Source: Methanobacteriota archaeon (GTDB taxonomy: Archaea > Thermoplasmatota > Poseidoniia > MGIII > CG-Epi1). From it: 64,000 nucleotides of DNA. The notes under the pieces were generated by a model. The model saw only the letters and a program-made list of their open reading frames with translations, had not been told where the DNA came from and did no database searches. The stretch covers positions 16,191 through 80,190 of the forward strand of contig JAAZXG010000002.1 in the NCBI GenBank assembly GCA_014240255.1. The letters are read 5' to 3'. The stretch's first letter is position 1, and each line of letters begins with the position of its first letter. The translations under genes and the position numbers were made by a program. Of this stretch, positions 1 to 8,601 are shown piece after piece.

Positions 1-1
1 C

Positions 2-118
2 AATTCACAGCCTAGCTATTATACTGTGGCCAAGGGCTCAATAATTTTAGCAACTTTAGAAGCTGTTGCTACAGTTTTCTTTTTTATTATATTCTTAGAT
101 TTATTTCCTATTGGTTAA
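2..118 (+). CDS. 3' end of a membrane-protein gene entering from the left edge (partial)
   Basis: Frame 2 is open from the window edge to TAA at 116-118. The tail ...ILATLEAVATVFFFIIFLDLFPIG is hydrophobic. No family recognised. It overlaps the convergent ORF 108..314 by 11 nt. Confidence 0.3.
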   Translation, partial: NSQPSYYTVAKGSIILATLEAVATVFFFIIFLDLFPIG

Positions 119-314
119 CAAATCCCATAACTACTCTACAGTTTGAGCAGGATACTGCAATAACTCTTCCAGCATTTCTTTGATTATTTCCTTCACCACC
201 TGCAGTAAAATCTACAACTTGAAATCGATAGGTATTTCCTTCTACTCCTATCTCTTTACTACATTGCGGACATTTTGCAGGTGCGTCTGGATCATTATTC
301 TTTGAACTAAACAT
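108..314 (-). CDS. small zinc-ribbon protein (68 aa), function unknown
   Basis: It has two Cys pairs, CPQC near the N-terminus and CSNC near the C-terminus. It sits divergent to the TraB-like gene across a 66-nt AT-rich spacer. No family recognised. Confidence 0.45.
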   Translation of the reverse strand: MFSSKNNDPDAPAKCPQCSKEIGVEGNTYRFQVVDFTAGGEGNNQRNAGRVIAVSCSNCRVVMGFVNQ

Positions 315-380
315 TATTTTATAGATAATAGCGTCATTTAATTAAGTTAACTCTTTTACACACGTGTATTTCCTTAGTTA

Positions 381-1067
381 ATGCCTGAGCTAATGATTAT
401 TGGTACTGCACATGTAATTGACTTATCATCTCCTATTGAAGCATACATTAGGGCATACAATCCCGATTTAGTTGCAATTGAATTAGATAGGCAAAGATGG
501 ACTGCCCTCAGATCAAATTTCAAACAAACAGGAGGGCCTTTTTATGTTCGAATTCTTTCTCGCTTTCAACAATATTTGGGAGATAGTTTTGGCAGTTCAC
601 CTGGTTCTGAAATGCTGGTAGCTGGCAAAGTGGCTAGTTCAATTGGTGCAAATCTGGCATTAATTGATAAGCCGATATTGCCAACATTACAGGGAGCTTG
701 GAAAAACATGCCTTGGCAGGAGCTTTGGAAAATAATTGGAGATGGCCTTCTTTCTCTGGTTGGCGGAGGTGATTTTAGTTTAAGTGACAGTATTCGGACT
801 GGGGATTTTTCTAAAGAATTAGAAGAATTTTCTGAACGGTATCCCTCTATCAAAAGGCAATTAATTGATAGGAGAGATACTTACATGTCAACTAATATCG
901 TAAAACTCTTTAGAAAAAAGGACATAAAGAGAATTATAGCCGTTGTTGGGGAAGGGCATGTTCAAGGTATGTCTGAGAAGCTAGAAAGTTTACATCCAAG
1001 AATAGTAAAACTTAGTGATTTATTAAATAAGAAAAATAATAGTATTTCATTTTCTATAGAAATTTAA
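381..1067 (+). CDS. TraB/GumN-family protein
   Basis: N-terminal IIGTAHV...PDLVAIELDRQR and C-terminal VVGEGHVQG match the TraB (pheromone-shutdown-like) family pattern. Length 228 aa. Confidence 0.7.
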   Translation: MPELMIIGTAHVIDLSSPIEAYIRAYNPDLVAIELDRQRWTALRSNFKQTGGPFYVRILSRFQQYLGDSFGSSPGSEMLVAGKVASSIGANLALIDKPILPTLQGAWKNMPWQELWKIIGDGLLSLVGGGDFSLSDSIRTGDFSKELEEFSERYPSIKRQLIDRRDTYMSTNIVKLFRKKDIKRIIAVVGEGHVQGMSEKLESLHPRIVKLSDLLNKKNNSISFSIEI

Positions 1068-2623
1068 AATTCATAAGTGATTGCAAATCTATAATCCCAA
1101 CTTGCTTGAACTGGGGTACCTGAATTAGTAAATGCGATGGTGGCTTGGTAATCTCCCAATTCAATTAGATTGGTTTGCGAATCAAGATTTAAATCCCAAC
1201 TAGCCGATTCGCCCCCGCAAGCAATATTTCCATTTCCGGTTCCAACTTCATTTCCACTAGAATCAGTAACGGTAACGGTGTAGTCAAGAGCACTACCAAC
1301 ACCACCAATACAACTTATTTCACTAAATTCAACTTCCATTGACGTTACAAAAATTTCTACATTAAGATTATAATTTTGCTCAATATCTTGAGCCACTAAG
1401 GATCCATCTTGCCCTTCATCCGAATAATCTTCAGGGACAACTTGCAAAATTGTAGTTATCTCTCCCGTTTGTTCATTTTCATCTGTTACGATTAGAGTTA
1501 TATTATAATAACCACCAGCAGACCATGAATATTCTGCTGTAGATTCATTTGTGGTTTGTTCCGTACCATCACCGAAGTCCCATTTGTATTCCACGATTTC
1601 ACCATCAGGCCCACTAGAGTCACTTGCATCTAATGTGATATTTGAATTTGATCTCACTTTTTCAACTACATTTCCATTGTTGTCTTTAAATTCTAATTTA
1701 GCAATTGGTCCTAATGATTTTATTTCAATATTTTTAGTTTCCGAACCTTCTTGGCCTTCAGCCATTACTGTCAAAGTAACTTGATACATCCCTGCATCAG
1801 TCCAGCTATGCTGAGGTGATTTTAACGAAGAAGTTTTATTATCTCCAAAATCCCAGAGAAAATCTAAAGCTTCTCCTTCAGGATCATAAGAATCTTCTCC
1901 TGAAAACTGAATAAGTTCATCAGTAAAAACAGATGTTTTATCTGTTGTAATCATCGCTATAGGTGGTAAATCAGTTACGGAAAAAGAGTGTTTAACAAAG
2001 TTTTTTTCACCATCAGGATCCGTTACAGTTAAGGTCACACTCCAGTCCCCTTCACCTAAGTCTAAAGAAAACTTGCTTTCAGTAGACGCTTTATATGTAG
2101 GTTCACCAGCTTCTCCTAATTCCCAAACATATGTTAAAGGATCATTGTCAGCATCACTACTTGACATTCCATTAAAAGTAACTTCTTTTCCTTTAGAATA
2201 TGATCCTCCATTAGATGGTGTAATTATTGATGCAACCGGCGGCCTATTTCCAGGTTCAATATTTATTACAACAATATCTTGACTGGTTAATCCTCCCGAA
2301 TCCATTACCATTAATGTCAAAACTAAATCATCTCCTGGCGTGTCCACCATGACTGAATCGGACATTTGATTGCTTAAATCAATGGGGCTACCTAAACCAG
2401 ATAAGGTCCACATATACTGTAAATCATCTCCGTCAGGATCTGAGGAAAGAGAACCATCAATTGTGAAAAATTCACCTACTTCAAAATCCTCTCCCTGGCC
2501 TGGTTTTAGAATGCGGGCTTCAGGTGCTTTATTTGGCACATCATCTTCACTATCACCTAGGCAGCCACTAAAACACATGAAGACAAAAGTGAATGCGATT
2601 GCCCAGTTTAGTGTTTTTTCCAT
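1064..2623 (-). CDS. secreted lipoprotein with tandem PKD domains
   Basis: Signal peptide plus lipobox-like FSGCLGD. At least 4 PKD-type repeats (DPDGD.L.Y.W, FLWDFGDNK, YKWDFGDGT). C-terminal beta-rich domain. Its stop overlaps the TraB stop (TTAA at 1064-1067). Confidence 0.8.
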   Translation of the reverse strand: MEKTLNWAIAFTFVFMCFSGCLGDSEDDVPNKAPEARILKPGQGEDFEVGEFFTIDGSLSSDPDGDDLQYMWTLSGLGSPIDLSNQMSDSVMVDTPGDDLVLTLMVMDSGGLTSQDIVVINIEPGNRPPVASIITPSNGGSYSKGKEVTFNGMSSSDADNDPLTYVWELGEAGEPTYKASTESKFSLDLGEGDWSVTLTVTDPDGEKNFVKHSFSVTDLPPIAMITTDKTSVFTDELIQFSGEDSYDPEGEALDFLWDFGDNKTSSLKSPQHSWTDAGMYQVTLTVMAEGQEGSETKNIEIKSLGPIAKLEFKDNNGNVVEKVRSNSNITLDASDSSGPDGEIVEYKWDFGDGTEQTTNESTAEYSWSAGGYYNITLIVTDENEQTGEITTILQVVPEDYSDEGQDGSLVAQDIEQNYNLNVEIFVTSMEVEFSEISCIGGVGSALDYTVTVTDSSGNEVGTGNGNIACGGESASWDLNLDSQTNLIELGDYQATIAFTNSGTPVQASWDYRFAITYEF

Positions 2624-2667
2624 TGTTTATCTAGGTTGTCCGTGTATAAAGAATATTTGTTTGAGTT

Positions 2668-3090
2668 TTAAGCAATTAAATTAGTCCTAATCGGTTTTTT
2701 TGCACCACATGCTTCACAATGTAAATTTAAAGTCCGCCCAACCCGTAAAAAAGAAGTATCTGGCCGATTGCATTCTTGACATACTACAAATGTTTCAATA
2801 TATGTCTTTATTCTTTCTTTAATTTTCTTTTCAGGAACTCTTCCTTGTAATACCAATCTTCTATTATTTACAGAGCCAGCAGTACCTAGTTCTTGGAGAA
2901 GAAATTTGTATAAATGAGTTTCATCTCTTCTCAGAGAATCGACGATTTCCGAAAAATTCCGTATTATTGTTTTTTTACTTCCTTCATGCATGATATCTGG
3001 AATTGGTGGACTAAATCGCTCTGCATTTTGCATAACGTCCTCTAATCCTTCTCTCGCCCTTTCAAGCAGTTTTTCATAGTCTAAATCCAC
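2668..3090 (-). CDS. eif2b: translation initiation factor aIF2 beta subunit
   Basis: 140 aa, the typical aIF2-beta length. C-terminal C4 zinc ribbon CQECNRPDT...CEACGA. The preceding region ...YIETFVVC matches the eIF2-beta/eIF5 domain. Confidence 0.9.
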   Translation of the reverse strand: MDLDYEKLLERAREGLEDVMQNAERFSPPIPDIMHEGSKKTIIRNFSEIVDSLRRDETHLYKFLLQELGTAGSVNNRRLVLQGRVPEKKIKERIKTYIETFVVCQECNRPDTSFLRVGRTLNLHCEACGAKKPIRTNLIA

Positions 3091-3125
3091 AATCTCCTAA
3101 AAAGTCCCTTTCTAAAGGCTTTAGT

Positions 3126-4133
3126 TTATGGTTTAATTAGAAAACCATATAGAAGTCCCAATGAAAATCCAAAATGTTGAATGAATAAAACTAAAGGCGC
3201 ATATAGTGTTTGTTTAAGATTTTTAGTTTGGTATCCTACTAGTAGGCCTGCTAACCCCAATATGGCAAAATAGGCACCATTCAAAAGCAAGGGTAATTTA
3301 AAATCAAGAGTCATATCAAATAGTTCTATTTTTTTGTATGAGATAAAATAAAGAGCCATTAAGAAAATAAATGCAAAAACAAAAGCAAAATAACGAATAT
3401 CAAAACTACTCGGGTGCATTTTTGTAACTTGAGCTCTAGTTTTACCATAATTGAACATTTGTTTTAGAAATGCACTAGGGCGTGATCTACGATGATGCCA
3501 TACTACGACATCTGGTGAATAAAGAATTTTATACCCTGCCTTTAGAACGCGAATGTCAAATTCTACATCTTCACCAGGCCAAAGATTATGATGGAATTTT
3601 ATTTTATTAACAATACTTTTTTTGATAATATAGTTACAAGTAGGATTATGATCAATTTCTCTTGGTTTTGCATGCCCTATTGTATATCTAAATGAAAATA
3701 AAAATTTAGATCCAAAAATCCTTCCGACAGCTTTAGCAAATGGCAATCCTTGTTTAGGGGTAAAATTAGGCCCACCTACTCCCACGTATTCTTCATTTTG
3801 TTTTAAATGTTTTACTGCATTTCTAATCCAATCTTCTCTTAAGATAGTATCATCATCCGTAAATGCAATTAAGTCTCCCTTCGCTTTTTCAGTTCCAATA
3901 TTTCGTTTTTGGCCTGCAGGCACTGGTTCAAAAATTAATGTTGTATTTATTCCATTTTTAATAGCTATTTTAGAGTGTTTTTCTATTAAATTAGTATTCT
4001 CGTCACCAATGAGAATTAGCTCAAATTTATCTTTAGGGTAATTTAATTTAATTACACTTTCTACTAATCCTCTTATGAATTTCACTTTTCCAGTTGTTGG
4101 AATTACAATAGATACAAACGGTTCAGATTTCAA
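3126..4133 (-). CDS. family 2 glycosyltransferase with C-terminal membrane segments
   Basis: VSIVIPT... and FTDDDT (DxD) motifs of GT-A/GT2. The C-terminal ~90 aa are hydrophobic (YFAFVFAFIFLMALYF, LLLNGAYFAILGLAGLLVG). Confidence 0.8.
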   Translation of the reverse strand: MKSEPFVSIVIPTTGKVKFIRGLVESVIKLNYPKDKFELILIGDENTNLIEKHSKIAIKNGINTTLIFEPVPAGQKRNIGTEKAKGDLIAFTDDDTILREDWIRNAVKHLKQNEEYVGVGGPNFTPKQGLPFAKAVGRIFGSKFLFSFRYTIGHAKPREIDHNPTCNYIIKKSIVNKIKFHHNLWPGEDVEFDIRVLKAGYKILYSPDVVVWHHRRSRPSAFLKQMFNYGKTRAQVTKMHPSSFDIRYFAFVFAFIFLMALYFISYKKIELFDMTLDFKLPLLLNGAYFAILGLAGLLVGYQTKNLKQTLYAPLVLFIQHFGFSLGLLYGFLIKP

Positions 4134-4150
4134 TTTTCACCACTTTATGT

Positions 4151-4429
4151 TTAATCAGATTGTATGTAAGGATATAAAATACTGCTTAATTCTGTTTTAA
4201 TACTTTTAATTAGTTCATGATTTTTTGTAATTACAACTATTTTTCCTGAACTATAAATATTTATTTTACATTCTTTGAATATAGATAATAAAGAACCAGT
4301 ATATACTTTTACAATAAATCCTTTTTCTTTAATAACCTCTATAATTTTTTCTAAGTTTAGTTTTAATTCTTTTTTGGGTTTGAGAATAAAAGATTTACAA
4401 TTCAGGCATGGCTTAATAATTTCAAACAC
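4151..4429 (-). CDS. small protein (92 aa) with N-terminal CxxC and a TBP-repeat-like core
   Basis: CLNC at residues 8-11. LNLEKIIEVI...KINIYSSGKIVVITKNHELIKSIKTEL resembles one TATA-binding-protein repeat (signature ..LIFxSGKxVxTGAK..). It is packed between the PKD gene (13-nt gap) and the GT2 gene (17-nt gap). Confidence 0.5.
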   Translation of the reverse strand: MFEIIKPCLNCKSFILKPKKELKLNLEKIIEVIKEKGFIVKVYTGSLLSIFKECKINIYSSGKIVVITKNHELIKSIKTELSSILYPYIQSD

Positions 4430-4442
4430 TTTATTTACTCAA

Positions 4443-5501
4443 TTATTCCCAATAGAGAACTTCAATTCTAATAGTATATTCCGATGAACCTGTTCTTTCG
4501 TGGTCTATAACAACAGTCCAATCTCCTAATTCATGAGATTCATCGAACCAAGAACGATCAGTACTGTTATAATAGTCTAATTCAATGATATTTACTTGTT
4601 CAATATCATCATTATTGTGTGTAGTATTACTATCTACATGCTCATCATCACTATCATCCGGATTTCTATTTTGTGTAGTATTGTATAAATATAAATCTAA
4701 ATCTTTAGTATGTACTGAATTACTTTCATATTCTAGTGTTGCTCTGATATATCGTGCAGGTAATCCATAAAGTTGGACCATATGTTCTTGCTGTCCACCA
4801 TCTATAGTTCTTGTAGTTTTATAATCATAATTTATTTTCAAATCAATATCATCAGAATAACTGGATTCATCACTTTCTCCCATTTCATTAGTAATTCTAA
4901 CTTTAATTACATACAATCCGGAATTAAATTCTTTAGTAATTTCAGGATCTGATGATTCATCATCAACTGTAAAACCATCCGAAGAATCATAGGAAAAATC
5001 CCATTCATATTTTATGATGCTACTTTCAGATTTAGATTCAGCAGCTGAGAAGGTATAGCTAATTTGTTCATCACCATTCATTACTGATTCAGTTTCATCA
5101 TCAGTATTGACTATGGCTCTAATGTCATTTGTTTTTTGTTCAATTTTAATATTTACTGTAGCTGAGTTCGTTTTATCTCCATCGCTAACAGTTAATGTTA
5201 CGGTGTATGTTTTTTCAATAGAATAGTAGTGGATAATTTTTCCATAATCATTAATTTGGCCTATTTTCTTTTCATCTTCCCCATCACTTTTATCAAAATC
5301 CCAATAGTATTCTAAAATATCATTATCAGGATCACTACTGCCTTTACCTGAAAATATAATGTCAGTATCTGGTTCAAAAGGAGAATTTCCTTCAATTTTG
5401 ATTACAGCTAGTGGTGCGCCGTTTTCATTATCTTCATCAAGAAAATCTAAGCACCCTGAAAAAAGAAGTATGCCTATAATCAAGGTAGATAAGTGTTTCA
5501 T
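4443..5501 (-). CDS. secreted lipoprotein with PKD domains and a pre-peptidase-C-terminal-like domain
   Basis: Signal peptide plus lipobox LLFSGCLDF. PKD motifs (DPDNDILEYYWDF, KYEWDF). The C-terminal segment DLDLYLYN...GDWTVVIDHERTGSSEYTIRIEV resembles the PPC domain pattern. Confidence 0.75.
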   Translation of the reverse strand: MKHLSTLIIGILLFSGCLDFLDEDNENGAPLAVIKIEGNSPFEPDTDIIFSGKGSSDPDNDILEYYWDFDKSDGEDEKKIGQINDYGKIIHYYSIEKTYTVTLTVSDGDKTNSATVNIKIEQKTNDIRAIVNTDDETESVMNGDEQISYTFSAAESKSESSIIKYEWDFSYDSSDGFTVDDESSDPEITKEFNSGLYVIKVRITNEMGESDESSYSDDIDLKINYDYKTTRTIDGGQQEHMVQLYGLPARYIRATLEYESNSVHTKDLDLYLYNTTQNRNPDDSDDEHVDSNTTHNNDDIEQVNIIELDYYNSTDRSWFDESHELGDWTVVIDHERTGSSEYTIRIEVLYWE

Positions 5502-5547
5502 CTTACCTAAATAATATGTGCTCTTATAAATTCTTTTACCATAATTT

Positions 5548-5623
5548 TGGTGCAGGCGCCGGGATTTGAACCCAGGTTGAGGGGTTGGAAACCCCTAGTC
5601 ATACCAGACTAGACCACGCCTGC
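5548..5623 (-). tRNA. tRNA-Gly (anticodon UCC), CCA encoded
   Basis: The reverse complement GCAGGCG..CGCCTGC-A-CCA folds as a cloverleaf. Anticodon stem AGGGG/CCCCT with loop TTTCCAA (UCC). T arm CTGGG-TTCAAAT-CCCGG. Length 76 nt. Confidence 0.9.
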
Positions 5624-7696
5624 TTAAATTTGTATCTTAAATTGAGAACCTGGTCCACATCCTTCCGGAACTTTTACGTTTACTAATTGTCCTGTTGGGG
5701 CCTTAATTTGTATTTGTTGTCCAGCCATAACTCCAGCAGGTACTGTAACAGTCAATATTGTTGGCGTAGCCGGAGGAGGAGGTGCCACTGGTTGTGGAGG
5801 GGCTTGTACAGGCGGCGGAGTTTCAGATTGTGGAATAGCTGCCATACTAGGTGGAGCTTGTGCAGGAGGTGGCGCTACAGGTTGTGGTTGTGGAGGAGCT
5901 TGTGCAGGAGGTGGCGCTACAGGTTGAGGTGGCGCTACAGGTTGAGGTGGAGCTACAGGGGGTGTTCCCGCTGCACCTTCCATGCCTGCCCATTCATCAC
6001 TGAAATCATCTGCGCTTTCTTCAGAACCTCCAAAGGCTCCTTTTGATCGTTGTTGTAGACCAAAGACTGCAGCACTTCCTAAACCAATAATAAGAACAAT
6101 TGAAACTAACCAAATAGGATCAATAGGTAAGCCACCTTCTTCATCTAATTTTTCAGTTTCAAGTCCTGCACTATTTGCAACTGAGTTAACGTTAAAGGTT
6201 ATACTAGCTTCATCATATTTTGTATTGTCACCACCAGAGGTTACTCTAATTTTTAAAATAGCTTGATTGTCTATAGCACTTTCTGGAGCTTTAACAGTAA
6301 TAAAGACAGCTTTTGTGGCACTTGCCTCAATTACAAAAGGATCCGGAATATCTAAAGTCCAATCATTACCACCAATTTCCCAAGTTGCAGTAACTGTAAT
6401 GAAATCACTAACTTTAGCAAAGTTTATAACTTCTACATATGGATTTAGAATACTACCAGTACTAAATGATTTTTCAGCATCTATATCTATCATATCACTT
6501 TTCGGTAATTGCAGTTCAATTCTATAATTACCTTCAACGCGTACTTCAATTTCAGTTTCTATTATTCCAATAAGATCATTATCATTAGTAACTTTAGCAA
6601 TTACAATAATAGTTATAACTTCTCCAGCATCTGCACTAGATGATATTGTAACGGATAGACTTTCAGAACTCGAGGTTGTTGTTTCTTCAAAAGCATCCAA
6701 TGTTCCTGTTCCATCAATTGAATTCCATCCGGAGTCTGGTTTATTGTCTAAGGTTCCTTTATACCAATCCTTTTTTGTTATTTCGAAATTCACGACATCA
6801 GACCATTTATTCATTATTTTAAAATTAAAAATTATTTTTTGACCCGGCTCTCCAGTTTTGGTAATGGTTGTGGCTGTAAGGTCTAAGCCATATTGAACTC
6901 TAACAAAGGTAGTTAAGTCTAGAGTGCCTTTTTCATCTCCCGAATTTCCAGAAGTTCCCATAATAGTTATGTCGTCAGTATCTCCGTATTCAACATTTCC
7001 ATCTGAATTAATTGTTAAAATCACATTTTGGCTTGAGAAAGCTTGAACTGTAATTGAATTTGTATCAAAATCAACATCCCAATCATTTGAAGACAATGAA
7101 AGACTAATAGTATCTTCTTTATTTCCATCGTTATTAACCTGAATTAGATATGTAGTTTCACTATCTACATCTATAGAGCCATAAGTAGTTCCATCATCAG
7201 CAACTTCCAAAGAGACTCCTGCTTTTTCATTAACACTTACTGATAATGTCAGTAATTGCTTTGTTCCTTCGGGATCACTATTGTCTTTATCACGACATTT
7301 CAGCTCAATATCATAGGTTCCATAAAGCGCATTGCTAGTAGCTTTCACAGTAACAGTTATACCTTCTCTTACAGAAGCATCAGGAACTTCAACAGAAGGT
7401 AGTGTGGTCGATTCAGATGAGATATCATCTTGCCCATCACTGCTCCACCATGCTTCCAGTCCTGAACTCTCTAAATCATTAGAATTTGTTATAAATAATT
7501 CGAATTCATGTTGAATATCTAGGTAATTTTCAATTTCGATCATTAAATCGATTGTGTCATCAGGGTCGACATTTCCTTCACCATTAACCGGATCATCAAA
7601 CCTAAATTCGTATTCATCTTCAGCGCTTGCTGAGCTCATGCCAAAGCTTAGACTAATCATCAACGCCCAAAGCATGAAAGTTCTTAGAGAGGCCAT
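5624..7696 (-). CDS. large surface protein: signal peptide, repeated Ig/CARDB-like ectodomains, one TM helix, proline-rich cytoplasmic tail
   Basis: N-terminal signal (..SFGMSSASAED). Long Thr/Ser/Asp/Asn-rich beta-type repeats. TM helix WLVSIVLIIGLGSAAVFGL followed by QQRSK. Then ~75 aa of PVAPPQ-type repeats and a ~45-aa tail TVTVPAGVMAGQQIQIKAPTGQLVNVKVPEGCGPGSQFKIQI. Confidence 0.8.
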   Translation of the reverse strand: MASLRTFMLWALMISLSFGMSSASAEDEYEFRFDDPVNGEGNVDPDDTIDLMIEIENYLDIQHEFELFITNSNDLESSGLEAWWSSDGQDDISSESTTLPSVEVPDASVREGITVTVKATSNALYGTYDIELKCRDKDNSDPEGTKQLLTLSVSVNEKAGVSLEVADDGTTYGSIDVDSETTYLIQVNNDGNKEDTISLSLSSNDWDVDFDTNSITVQAFSSQNVILTINSDGNVEYGDTDDITIMGTSGNSGDEKGTLDLTTFVRVQYGLDLTATTITKTGEPGQKIIFNFKIMNKWSDVVNFEITKKDWYKGTLDNKPDSGWNSIDGTGTLDAFEETTTSSSESLSVTISSSADAGEVITIIVIAKVTNDNDLIGIIETEIEVRVEGNYRIELQLPKSDMIDIDAEKSFSTGSILNPYVEVINFAKVSDFITVTATWEIGGNDWTLDIPDPFVIEASATKAVFITVKAPESAIDNQAILKIRVTSGGDNTKYDEASITFNVNSVANSAGLETEKLDEEGGLPIDPIWLVSIVLIIGLGSAAVFGLQQRSKGAFGGSEESADDFSDEWAGMEGAAGTPPVAPPQPVAPPQPVAPPPAQAPPQPQPVAPPPAQAPPSMAAIPQSETPPPVQAPPQPVAPPPPATPTILTVTVPAGVMAGQQIQIKAPTGQLVNVKVPEGCGPGSQFKIQI
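5853..5961. repeat. in-frame tandem DNA repeats encoding the PVAPPQ/APPPAQAPPQPQ tract
   Basis: The 18-nt unit gaggtggcgctacaggtt occurs at 5866-5883, 5908-5925 and 5926-5943, with a degenerate copy at 5944-5961. A 42-nt higher-order repeat runs from 5866 to 5908. Confidence 0.85.
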
Positions 7697-7782
7697 ACTA
7701 CAATTATTCTAACAACCATGTGATATAAAAATTATGCTGATAAATGAGTAAAGCCTATACGTAGTCATCTAATTACTTATTT

Positions 7783-8601
7783 GTGGAAATCACAGACAAT
7801 CATTTTCATTTAGACCCAGAGGGCAGAAAGGAATTAGCTGTTAAAGATTTTCTAAATGCTGGAGGAACACGATTGGTTTTAGTTCATAAACCATATGGGG
7901 TCTGGACAAGACTTGAAGCCTTTAAAGAACAAGTTAATACAACTTTGACCTTAGCCTCCAAAGCTCGTGAGGTTGGCGCTAAGGTTGCAGTAGTAGCATC
8001 TCCCCATCCTGTAACATTAATAAAATTGTTAGATTCACAGTCTCCTTTAGCAGCTTCAGAATTATATCTTGAGGCAGTAAACTATTGTACAAATTTAGTT
8101 GAAGAGAATAAAATAGTGGGTTTAGGAGAATTGGGCAGACCTCATTTTACCGTCGAACCAAAAACTTGGGAATTAGCTAATGAAGTATTATTTGAATCAT
8201 TATCACGAGCCAAAGAAGTTGACGCTTCAGTCGTACTTCATACTGAAACAGGTACTCCTGAAGTTATGGCTGATTTAGCTATGATTGCGTCTAAGGCTAA
8301 TTTTCCAAAAAATCGTTTGGTCAAGCATTACGGAGGCCCTAGTTCTATAGATAATCCGAATGGCTTAGTCGTTTCATTGACTTCTTCTTTAACAAATATA
8401 AGTTATGCGGCAGTCCGAAATTCAGATTTTATGTTGGAAACCGACTATTTGGATGATCCTAATAGGCCCGGTGCAGTCATGGGTCCCAAATCAGTCCCTC
8501 GTAAGACGATTAGGGCTTTAGATGAAGGAATTATAACTGATAAACAAGCAAGTAATATTCATTCTAAATTGCCAGATAAGGTTTATAGAGAATTCACTTA
8601 A
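7783..8601 (+). CDS. TatD-related metal-dependent hydrolase (TIM barrel)
   Basis: GTG start. N-terminal ITDNHFHLDP (HxH metal motif), internal HTETG and a C-terminal acidic metal ligand region, as in archaeal TatD/COG1099-type proteins. Confidence 0.7.
   Translation: MEITDNHFHLDPEGRKELAVKDFLNAGGTRLVLVHKPYGVWTRLEAFKEQVNTTLTLASKAREVGAKVAVVASPHPVTLIKLLDSQSPLAASELYLEAVNYCTNLVEENKIVGLGELGRPHFTVEPKTWELANEVLFESLSRAKEVDASVVLHTETGTPEVMADLAMIASKANFPKNRLVKHYGGPSSIDNPNGLVVSLTSSLTNISYAAVRNSDFMLETDYLDDPNRPGAVMGPKSVPRKTIRALDEGIITDKQASNIHSKLPDKVYREFT

Noticed and set aside
5502-5623. tRNA genes (also 14046-14120) as integration sites of mobile elements
   Set aside because: I saw no integrase, transposase, partial tRNA duplication or direct-repeat att-like sequence near either tRNA.
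5853-5961. Tandem repeats considered as a CRISPR array or non-coding minisatellite
   Set aside because: The units are 18 and 42 nt, contiguous without spacers, and in frame inside a long ORF (PVAPPQ repeats). No cas genes or leader are present.
5687-6046. 119-aa plus-strand ORF rich in Arg/Trp/Cys
   Set aside because: It is the antisense reading of the proline-codon tandem repeats of the surface-protein tail. The composition is an artefact of CCN/GGN repeats.
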